Shown piece after piece: positions 57,211 to 64,000 of a DNA stretch of 64,000 nt (the first letter of the stretch is position 1; every line of letters starts with the position of its first letter). The notes under the pieces were generated by a model. The model worked only from the letters and a program-made list of their open reading frames with translations, was not told the origin of the DNA and ran no database searches. Location of the stretch: positions 19,767 to 83,766 of the forward strand of contig CASESG010000005.1 of the NCBI GenBank assembly GCA_949290645.1, given 5' to 3'. The stretch comes from an uncultured Bacillota bacterium. GTDB lineage: Bacteria > Bacillota_I > Bacilli_A > RFN20 > CAG-288. A program made the translations under genes and the position numbers.

Positions 57211-58079
57211 AGACGGATTCCAAACTGAGTCACGTAAGCCTTGTTTCCTTCCTTCTCGAAGACGTGGGCGCAGCGCTCGAGAAGTCTCTTGTCCTTGGAG
57301 AGGGCAAAGCAGGCCGATCCGGTTCCGGACATACCGCTGAGGGAAAGGCCCATCTGCTCCATCTGCCGCAGCAGGTCTCCGATCAAGGGGAGAGCCTTGA
57401 TGGCTGGGACGGAGAGGACGTTGACAAGCTCTTCCTTCATCCCTCGCTCGTCGTCCTTTTCCAAGGCGGAGATGAGCTTTTCGATGTTGGGGCGACGGAT
57501 TTCTTCCGTGACGGTGTCGAAGGCCTCGTAGACGCTCTTGGTGGAAAGGCCAAAGGGAGGCTTGACGATCAGGACATGATAGGGATAGCCGACCTTGATC
57601 GGCGTCAGGATCTCTCCTTTTCCCTGAACCCGGGAAGGACGGTCATAGAGACAGAAAGGAACGTCCGAGCCGATGGTGATGGCGAGGTCGTTCTCCTTCC
57701 GTTCCTTCTCCGGGAAGGGAGGGAGATAGTGGTCGATGGCCTTGATGATGGCGGCGGCATCGGCCGATCCTCCGCCAAGGCCGGCCTCGACCGGAATCTT
57801 CTTGTAAATAAAGATCTTGAAGGATTCCTTGACGTCAAAGGCCTTTCGCATCTCTTCCAGGGCCTTGTAGGCGAGGTTGGATTCGTCGCAGACGATCGTC
57901 GGGTCGTCGCAGAAGAGGTAGGTATCATATCCATGGGGCAGACGGGTAATCTCGATGGAATCGTGAAGCATCAGGGGGATCGTCACCATGTCGATGTTGT
58001 GGTAGTTGTCTTTCCTGCGGTCCAGCACGTCGATGGCCAGGTTGATCTTGGCCAAGGCTTTGATCACTATCGTGTTCAT
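57207..58079 (-). CDS. ispE: 4-diphosphocytidyl-2-C-methyl-D-erythritol kinase (MEP pathway)
   Basis: GHMP-kinase motifs KINL.IDV...R.D.YH and PVEAGLGGGSADAAA; 290 aa. Confidence 0.85.
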   Translation of the reverse strand: MNTIVIKALAKINLAIDVLDRRKDNYHNIDMVTIPLMLHDSIEITRLPHGYDTYLFCDDPTIVCDESNLAYKALEEMRKAFDVKESFKIFIYKKIPVEAGLGGGSADAAAIIKAIDHYLPPFPEKERKENDLAITIGSDVPFCLYDRPSRVQGKGEILTPIKVGYPYHVLIVKPPFGLSTKSVYEAFDTVTEEIRRPNIEKLISALEKDDERGMKEELVNVLSVPAIKALPLIGDLLRQMEQMGLSLSGMSGTGSACFALSKDKRLLERCAHVFEKEGNKAYVTQFGIRL

Positions 58080-58149
58080 TTTTCCGCTCCGTGTTGTCGT
58101 GTTGTATTTTCGTCTTCATCTTGTCGAATTGCAAGAGTAAACTAAACGC

Positions 58150-58713
58150 ATGGAAAAACCACTGACAAGAAAGGAACTGCTTTCTCACCTGATCGCCCAG
58201 GCCGAAGATCCTTTCTGCTCCACCCAGGAGCTTCAGGACTTGCGGAACATTCTCTTCCAGTCCGACACCTTCTCGGGCATGAACCATCTCTATCTGGTCA
58301 CCCTCTATCTGAAGAAGGACTTTTCCCTTTTTTCCGTGACAAAAGAGCAAGCTTTGGAGCAGTGTGCCTTGGCCTTGAAGGAAGGAAACAAGAGAGCGTA
58401 TTTCTACTTCTACCTCGTCTACAAGAAAGACGGAGACTGGCAGAAGGCCAGAAACAGCCTTCGTCTCTCCTGCGATTTCAAGGACAGGGAAGGCTATCTC
58501 TGGATGGGAAAGGAACTGCTTTCCGGAGAGCTCTTTCCCAAGGACGAGAGAAAGGCTCTCTCCTTTTTCGAGAAGGCCATCCAGGCTGGTGAGAAGAAAG
58601 GCTATGACGAGCTTCTTTTCCATTATCTGAAGAACGGGGAGAAGGAAAAGGCGAAGGAGATCCTCGTGCGAGCCGAAAAGGACTCCTATCCTCTGCCGGG
58701 GGTGGTGGAATGA
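58150..58713 (+). CDS. Hypothetical protein with Sel1/TPR-like helical repeats
   Basis: ORF translationally coupled to the downstream TPK gene. Confidence 0.5.
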   Translation: MEKPLTRKELLSHLIAQAEDPFCSTQELQDLRNILFQSDTFSGMNHLYLVTLYLKKDFSLFSVTKEQALEQCALALKEGNKRAYFYFYLVYKKDGDWQKARNSLRLSCDFKDREGYLWMGKELLSGELFPKDERKALSFFEKAIQAGEKKGYDELLFHYLKNGEKEKAKEILVRAEKDSYPLPGVVE

Positions 58714-59342
58714 AAAGAGCGATCCTGGTGGGTGCCTCTTCTCCCTTGGATTCCTCCTTCCTGAGCCGGGAAGAGGGATACTTCGTCGCCTGCGACCGGG
58801 GATACGAGGCTTTCCGGAAGGAGAAGAAGGAACCCGACCTTCTGGTCGCCGACTTCGACACTCTCGCTCCGGAAAGGGTCCTTCATCCCAAAGAGGTCAT
58901 CCGCCTCAATCCCGTCAAGGATGACACGGATGTCTTCTTCGCCTTGAAACTGCTCCTGGAAAGAGGGTTCGAGGAATTTCGTTTCTATGGCTGCCTTGGC
59001 GGAGCGAGGATCGAGCACGAGCTTGCCAACATCGTCCTCCTCTCCTATCTCCACGAGAGAGGAAAGAAGGGAATCCTCTATACCAACGACAACAAGGAAG
59101 AGCTCTTCCTGCTCGGAAAAGGAGAGTGGGAATTTACCGGGGAAGTCGGTTTTCTCTCCCTCTTCAGCCAGCAAAAAGATACACGGCTGACCCTGAAAGG
59201 GTTAAAATACGAGCTCGACGACAAATTGCTCGATCCCACGATCCCATTAGGAGTCTCAAACGAATTCCTTCCGGGGAAGAAAGCCCAGATCATCGTCCAC
59301 GAAGGATCGATCCTTGTCGTCAAGGGAAGAAAGAACGAATGA
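58710..59342 (+). CDS. Thiamine pyrophosphokinase
   Basis: TPK pattern ILVGASS...ADFD...GGARIEHE; 210 aa. Confidence 0.7.
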   Translation: MKRAILVGASSPLDSSFLSREEGYFVACDRGYEAFRKEKKEPDLLVADFDTLAPERVLHPKEVIRLNPVKDDTDVFFALKLLLERGFEEFRFYGCLGGARIEHELANIVLLSYLHERGKKGILYTNDNKEELFLLGKGEWEFTGEVGFLSLFSQQKDTRLTLKGLKYELDDKLLDPTIPLGVSNEFLPGKKAQIIVHEGSILVVKGRKNE

Positions 59343-60328
59343 AAAAGAACAAGACATTGATCGACAACCTGGAGGAAAAAGAAAAAGTCCCGGTCAAGAC
59401 CGCGACCATCGTCGGCATGATCTCGATCGCCCTGAACCTGATCCTTGGAATCTCCAAGATCGTCATCGGACGGATCATGGACTTTTCCTCCGTCTTCTCC
59501 GACGGCGTCCACGGGACCGGAGATGTCCTGACGACCATCATCGCCCTCTGCTCCATCTGGATCGCCGCAAGGAAGAAGAACTCGAAATACAATTACGGAC
59601 ACGAGCGCTGGTCGTCCCTGTTCGGCATCGTCCTGGCCGTGATCCTCTTCGCGACCTCCCTGACGATCATCACCGAGGCCATCGAGAGCTTGATCCCAGC
59701 AGGCGACACGCTCCGCCATGGCACAGCTGTCTCCGACGTTGTCGTCGGAACTCCTCTCTTCTACGTCTCCCTGGGACTTTCCGCCGCATCGGTCTTGCTG
59801 AAACTGATCATGTTCTTCGTCACCCTCTACGGAGCGAAGAAAGCCCATTCCACCGCCATGAAGGCCGATGCCTGGCATCAGAACGTCGATGCCCTCTCCT
59901 CGATCGCGGCCATCGTCGCGCTCCTGGGTTATTACTGGCTTCCGGAGAACAACATCCTCGATCCGATCTTTTCCCTGCCGATCGCCTTGATGGTCATCTT
60001 CATCGGCGTGGAGACCTTCCACAAATCCGCCATGGAATTGACCGATCACGCCATCGCTCCCGAGAAGATGGAGGAGGTCAAGAAATCCCTCTCTTCCGTC
60101 GTTCCGCTTGAAAAGGTCAAGCTGATCCGTTCCCGCATCTATTCCGAGAAGTTCTACCTTGACATCTTCGTCCTTCTGGACAAGAAGACCTCCCTTGAGG
60201 AAGCCGACGACCTCTCCGACAAGATCAAGGAGAAGCTCTTCTCCGACTTCGACGACCTCAAGGATGCCTATGTCCTCTTCGAACCCGACGACGAGAAGCA
60301 CTGGGAACAGGAAGAGACACTTCACTAG
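59339..60328 (+). CDS. Cation diffusion facilitator (CDF) family metal efflux transporter
   Basis: 6-TM CDF core with the HxxxD metal sites (SDGVHGTGD, AWHQNVDALSS) and a cytoplasmic C-terminal domain. ATG overlaps the TPK stop. Confidence 0.85.
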   Translation: MKKNKTLIDNLEEKEKVPVKTATIVGMISIALNLILGISKIVIGRIMDFSSVFSDGVHGTGDVLTTIIALCSIWIAARKKNSKYNYGHERWSSLFGIVLAVILFATSLTIITEAIESLIPAGDTLRHGTAVSDVVVGTPLFYVSLGLSAASVLLKLIMFFVTLYGAKKAHSTAMKADAWHQNVDALSSIAAIVALLGYYWLPENNILDPIFSLPIALMVIFIGVETFHKSAMELTDHAIAPEKMEEVKKSLSSVVPLEKVKLIRSRIYSEKFYLDIFVLLDKKTSLEEADDLSDKIKEKLFSDFDDLKDAYVLFEPDDEKHWEQEETLH

Positions 60329-60373
60329 GACAATCGATGAATCCGGGGCCTTACAGCCCCATTTTTTTGGTTT

Positions 60374-60679
60374 TTGACAATGTTGAAGGCCTTGCCCAAT
60401 TCCATCCGCGCCTTTCTGAATGAGGACATCCAGGCGATGCGAAAGAACCAGGAGCTCACCCTTGCCTACTACAAGGCCGATGCTTCGCAATACGATTCCG
60501 ACCATTCCCTCAAGATCCGACGCATCTGCGATTCCATGACTTCCGCGCCTTGCCAAAGCTTGTCGATCCCAAGGGTTCTTGCCGTCTTCCGCAGGGCTAT
60601 CTTCCAGACAGCAGAGCGACGTTTTTGTGAGAGCCGTTCCCTTTTGGTGTCCGGGCCTTCCTCGCTTCACTTCAAGTGA
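60374..60679 (+). CDS. Hypothetical small protein (101 aa)
   Basis: ORF with host-like codon bias in its first two-thirds and no recognised domain. The start coincides with a TTGACA hexamer, so the real start is uncertain. Confidence 0.3.
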   Translation: MTMLKALPNSIRAFLNEDIQAMRKNQELTLAYYKADASQYDSDHSLKIRRICDSMTSAPCQSLSIPRVLAVFRRAIFQTAERRFCESRSLLVSGPSSLHFK

Positions 60680-60724
60680 AGTTTGAAGTGAAGCTGAAAT
60701 GAAGTTTTCTTCACTTCAACTTCA
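60661..60724. terminator. Two adjacent hairpins between convergent genes (CTTCACTTCAA / TTGAAGTGAAG and GAAATGAAGTT / AACTTCATTTC); putative bidirectional terminator
   Basis: Direct read of the inverted repeats. They sit between the + strand ORF ending at 60679 and the - strand gene ending at 60790. The T-runs are weak. Confidence 0.45.
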
Positions 60725-60789
60725 TTTCGTGTTTCTTGAGTTTTTCGAGCATGAAAAAATCCGGAAGTTCCCTTCCGGATTCGCCTGTT

Positions 60790-61863
60790 CTACTTTTCCT
60801 TCTTTCCGTAGCGGATGAGGAGGTTGGAGGCGAAGAAACCACCGACGGTGAGAGGGAGGAAGAGAGCGAAGTCGACGATCATCCTCGTGTTGATTCCCTC
60901 GGCCCAGCTGAGGTAGATGCCAAGGCTGTCCGGGTTGAGGAACATGGCGGCGATGGAGCCGATGGACATGCCGACGATGACGCGGAAGACAAGGGGACGG
61001 TTCCAGGCAAAGAGTTTCGTCATCAGCTTGGAGGTGAGGATGAAGCCCGCAATCAAGGAGATTCCCATCAGGGCATAGAAGGCGAAGATCTGAGGGTAGT
61101 TCGACCAATAGGTCGGGGAGACGGAATCGACGAGGGGGCGGAAGAAGCCGATCAGCATCAGGAAGGCCGTCGCCGAGAGACCGGGGATGACCTGGCTGAA
61201 GCCCAGGAAGAGACCGATCGGGATCGCCACGACATAGATCCACCAGGGGAAGTCCCCGAAGCGTTCGATGTAGGTGGTGCCGGCCGAGCTTTCCTGTTGC
61301 AGGCCATAGACCAGGTCATAGCTTCCATCGAAGTAGGACATCGAGACGGAGACGGCTCCGATGATGAGCGGGATGAGGATGCCGATGGCCATCAGGATTC
61401 CTTTTCCGACGGTCACCTTGTCTCCCTTGAGCTCCTCAAGGACGGTCGGAAGAGCTCCGACCATCAAGCCGGCGAAGAAGCCGACGAGGCCGAAGGGGAT
61501 GTAATCCAAGAGCAGTTTGACCAGGACGAAGCCGACGGCAAAGCCCAGGATGGCTCCGATGGCGATGGGAAGGAGAAAGACGAAGCAGGCCTTGAACCTC
61601 TTGAAGATGTTGGCGAAGGAATAGATCAGCTTGTCATAGAGACGGAAGATGATGGCGACCGCCGAGCCGGAGATGCCCGGAACGACGATGGCAAGGCCGA
61701 TGAAGGCTCCCAAGAAGAAGCTCTTGAACCAGGACTTGGTGTCGTATCGTCCGAGGTCGAAGACCGGTTCTTCCTTCTCTTTTCCGATCTTCACGGTTTT
61801 GGGGGGTTCTTGGTTTTCGTCTTCGTTTTCGACTGAGCCGAGTTCTTTTTTCTCTTCATCCAT
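60790..61863 (-). CDS. DUF368-family polytopic membrane protein (duplicated PGxSxS motif; putative polyprenyl-phosphate transporter family)
   Basis: Two repeats with VPGISGSA and IPGLSATA motifs, an acidic N-terminal tail and about 8 TM helices. Confidence 0.6.
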   Translation of the reverse strand: MDEEKKELGSVENEDENQEPPKTVKIGKEKEEPVFDLGRYDTKSWFKSFFLGAFIGLAIVVPGISGSAVAIIFRLYDKLIYSFANIFKRFKACFVFLLPIAIGAILGFAVGFVLVKLLLDYIPFGLVGFFAGLMVGALPTVLEELKGDKVTVGKGILMAIGILIPLIIGAVSVSMSYFDGSYDLVYGLQQESSAGTTYIERFGDFPWWIYVVAIPIGLFLGFSQVIPGLSATAFLMLIGFFRPLVDSVSPTYWSNYPQIFAFYALMGISLIAGFILTSKLMTKLFAWNRPLVFRVIVGMSIGSIAAMFLNPDSLGIYLSWAEGINTRMIVDFALFLPLTVGGFFASNLLIRYGKKEK

Positions 61864-61918
61864 GTTTGGAATTCCTCCAAAGAAACGGGGGTATTATATC
61901 ACCTTATGAAAAGAGACT

Positions 61919-62314
61919 TTATCCACACTTCTTTGAAGGCGGTGCTTTTTTCTCTCTTCCTCTATCCTTGAGTCCTTTTTCCTGACGAAAGGGGGCTTTT
62001 GTTTTTCTGTGGTCAACTTCAGGGCATTGTGGATAGAAGAACGGACTTATCCACCTCCTATCCACCGAAAAATCGGTTATCGACAGCTCTGTGGATAGCG
62101 TTTTTCAAAGCGGTGGATATTCGCTTGTTTTGCGATAAACACTATTTTTTTCGCTGGTGGATAATTTTCTTCGTTGTGGATAGTCATCCACTTATCCACC
62201 CGAAAGTTATCAACAATGGATTTATCGACAAGTTATCAACACTGTGGATAGTGTGGATAAATTTCTTTTTCTTCCTTATTTAATGAATAGGGCTTGGATT
62301 CTTGATGTGGATAA
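61919..62314. other. oriC-type DnaA-box cluster: at least 11 boxes within about 400 bp upstream of dnaA, interspersed with AT-rich TTATCAACA/TTATCGACA repeats
   Basis: Perfect boxes at 61919..61927 (TTATCCACA), 62252..62260 and 62306..62314 (TGTGGATAA). One-mismatch boxes at 62028, 62047, 62090, 62156, 62175, 62192 and 62243. Two-mismatch boxes at 62058 and 62112. Confidence 0.85.
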
Positions 62315-62393
62315 CTCATCTTCGTGCTTTTTTCCTCTTCTCTTTTCCTCTTCCTTCGCCTATAATTGACGGGCAGAAAAGAAAGATTGAACC

Positions 62394-63761
62394 ATGAGAG
62401 AAACCATGAAAGACCGTCAGGTCAGCGATATCTATCAGGAGCTTCTTGCCCGCATCAAGGAGAGCACGCCCCAGAGACTTTTCGACACGATGTTTTCCGA
62501 CGACAGCTTCGAGCTTCGCTCCCTGGAGAACGGGAAAGCGACCTTCATCGCCGACTCGGCATCCAACGCCGCCATCATCAAGTCCGCCTATTCACGGACG
62601 ATCGCGGAGCTTCTGGAGCAGATCACTTCCAATCACTATGAGGTCGAGATCCTCGACCGCGCTTCCTTCCTGAGGAAGAAGGAGATGGTCGAAGGGGCTC
62701 AGCAGTCCTTCTTCCAGAACTCCCACCTCCTTCCCCAGTTCACCTTCGAGAACTTCGTCGCGGGGGAGAGCAACAAGAGCGCCTATCTCGCCTGTATGCT
62801 CTCCGTCACCAAGCCGGCGATGAACAACCCGATCTTCCTCTATTCGAAGTCGGGACTGGGAAAGACGCACCTCCTTCAGGCGACGGGAAACGATTATCGA
62901 AGCAAGCATCCCGAGAGCAAGGTCCTCTACATCACCAGCGAGGACTTCCTCTCCGAATTCGTCCGTTTCATCAAGGGAAAGAAGGACAGCGAATCCCTCA
63001 AGGACTTCTTCCGCACGGTCGACATCCTCCTGGTCGATGACATCCAGTTCCTGGCCGGGAAGGAAGACACGCAGATCATGTTCTTCAACGTCTTCAACCT
63101 CCTGATCGCGGAGAGGAAGCAGATCATCCTCACTTCCGACCGCAGCCCCAGCGAGCTCAAGGGTCTTCAAGACCGTCTGGTCTCCCGTTTCTCGGGCGGA
63201 CTCTCGATCCACATCACCAATCCCAACAAAAACACCCTGATGGCCATCCTCAAGGAGAAGTGCAAGGCCAATTCGATCCCCGAGGGAATGATCGAGGACA
63301 AGGCTTTGGAATATCTGGCCCTCAACTACTCCAAGAACGTGAGGGAGCTCGAGGGAGCCTTCACGAAGCTGCTCTTTGCCATCACGATCGAGAAGCCCAC
63401 CTCCACGATTGATCTCCCCTTCGTCAAGAAGGTCTTCGATGACGACGAGGAGAGAAGGGCCAAGAAGGGAAAGGTCGACATCGACAAGATCGTCTCGGTC
63501 GTCGCCGACTACTACTCCCTGACCGAGAGCCAGATCAAGTCCAACGTCCGGACAAGCCAGATCGCCCTGGCCAGGCAGATCGCCATGTACCTGGCAAGGG
63601 AGATCCTCTCCCTTCCCTATCAAGTCATCGGACGCTCCTTCTCCAAAGATCACACGACCGTCCTCTCCAACATCCAGAAGATCCAGAAGAACAGCGCCAA
63701 GGACAATGCGTTGCGAAAGGTCCTCGACCAACTCAAACAGCGGATCCAGCAGTCGGAATAG
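62394..63761 (+). CDS. dnaA: Chromosomal replication initiator protein DnaA
   Basis: AAA+ Walker A NPIFLYSKSGLGKTHLL, Walker B LLVDDIQF, sensor/box VII region, and C-terminal DNA-binding domain with the basic-loop signature. Alternative ATG at 62406. Confidence 0.95.
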   Translation: MRETMKDRQVSDIYQELLARIKESTPQRLFDTMFSDDSFELRSLENGKATFIADSASNAAIIKSAYSRTIAELLEQITSNHYEVEILDRASFLRKKEMVEGAQQSFFQNSHLLPQFTFENFVAGESNKSAYLACMLSVTKPAMNNPIFLYSKSGLGKTHLLQATGNDYRSKHPESKVLYITSEDFLSEFVRFIKGKKDSESLKDFFRTVDILLVDDIQFLAGKEDTQIMFFNVFNLLIAERKQIILTSDRSPSELKGLQDRLVSRFSGGLSIHITNPNKNTLMAILKEKCKANSIPEGMIEDKALEYLALNYSKNVRELEGAFTKLLFAITIEKPTSTIDLPFVKKVFDDDEERRAKKGKVDIDKIVSVVADYYSLTESQIKSNVRTSQIALARQIAMYLAREILSLPYQVIGRSFSKDHTTVLSNIQKIQKNSAKDNALRKVLDQLKQRIQQSE

Positions 63762-63782
63762 AGCGGGAAACCGCTCTTTTTC
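63761..63782 (+). terminator. Hairpin GAGCGG-GAAA-CCGCTC + TTTTT immediately after the dnaA stop
   Basis: Direct read; 6-bp stem, GNRA loop and T-run. Confidence 0.55.
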
Positions 63783-63856
63783 CTTGCCTTTCTTTCTTCC
63801 TTCGGGAAGCTTTTTTTCTTCTGCCCCCTTCCTGGGCGGTGGAAAACTCCACCTCC

Positions 63857-63877
63857 GTCCACAAGCGCTGTGGACAG
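63857..63877. other. Palindromic pair of degenerate DnaA boxes GTCCACA-AGCGC-TGTGGAC downstream of dnaA
   Basis: Direct read. It resembles the second box cluster of bipartite Firmicute origins, but the window ends shortly after. Confidence 0.35.
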
Positions 63878-64000
63878 AAAAGAAGAAACAACCTTTCTCC
63901 TGTCTTGGGTTGCCTACATAAGAGAGAAAGGAAAGTCGGTCTTTTTCTCCTTTGTCGCAACTTTTCTGCCTTCGAAGTTGTCGACTTGTCCACCATTCCA

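Noticed and set aside
62394-62406. Alternative dnaA start at the second ATG (62406)
   Set aside because: Either start is possible. The upstream ATG was retained because neither has a strong Shine-Dalgarno and the N-terminal residues MRETMKDRQ are not informative.

Overview
This 64-kb window is GC-rich (roughly 55-60% by eye), uses the standard genetic code (TGA is a stop) and is densely coding. The organism looks Mollicutes- or Erysipelotrichia-like: many lipoprotein genes (signal peptide plus lipobox Cys), an Opp oligopeptide permease with the large OppC/OppD/OppF insertions typical of Mollicutes, giant MacB-type fused ABC transporters, DegV, and an anchored S8 subtilase.

The window ends at the replication origin. 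At least 11 DnaA boxes (61919..62314) lie immediately upstream of dnaA (62394..63761). The rpmH-rnpA-yidC-jag(khpB) cluster sits about 22.7 kb away on the same strand as dnaA, which is not the usual divergent arrangement.

Main contents:
- Transporters: a 5'-truncated giant MacB-like ABC protein; a second complete giant MacB-like transporter in a tight co-directional cluster with a membrane protein, a DUF1538 protein and two PII (GlnB-like) proteins; and the Opp operon (oppA-like lipoprotein, oppBCDF).
- Housekeeping genes: yebC, priA, gmk, prs, ispE, pdxK, thiamine pyrophosphokinase, a CDF transporter and a Gfo/Idh/MocA oxidoreductase.
- Other products: a hemolysin-III (PAQR) protein, an APRT-like protein with a degenerate PRPP loop, a roughly 1386-aa anchored subtilase, BI-1, a patatin-like phospholipase, Sel1-repeat proteins, an alpha/beta hydrolase, a DUF368 protein and DegV plus a GNAT-like protein.

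Three low-GC patches look horizontally acquired:
- 1380..2440: a secreted C39-like cysteine peptidase with its own consensus promoter.
- 4541..6230: an AlbA_2/Schlafen-like ATPase gene whose promoter is overlapped by a 5x 11-bp tandem repeat.
- About 51100..53830: a very AT-rich island abutting the 3' end of a tRNA-Lys(CTT) gene, carrying a frameshifted mosaic AlbA_2-AAA_14-DUF4143 pseudogene.

Three lipoprotein genes show damage or instability: an in-frame TAA in one (6228..6838), a frameshift inside a repeat-rich one (47067..49540), and a perfect 24-bp tandem duplication in a third (33531..33578).

A 110-bp inverted-repeat element with a perfect 22-bp palindromic core sits at 49568..49678.

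No CRISPR array, rRNA gene or intact mobile-element gene (transposase or integrase) was seen.
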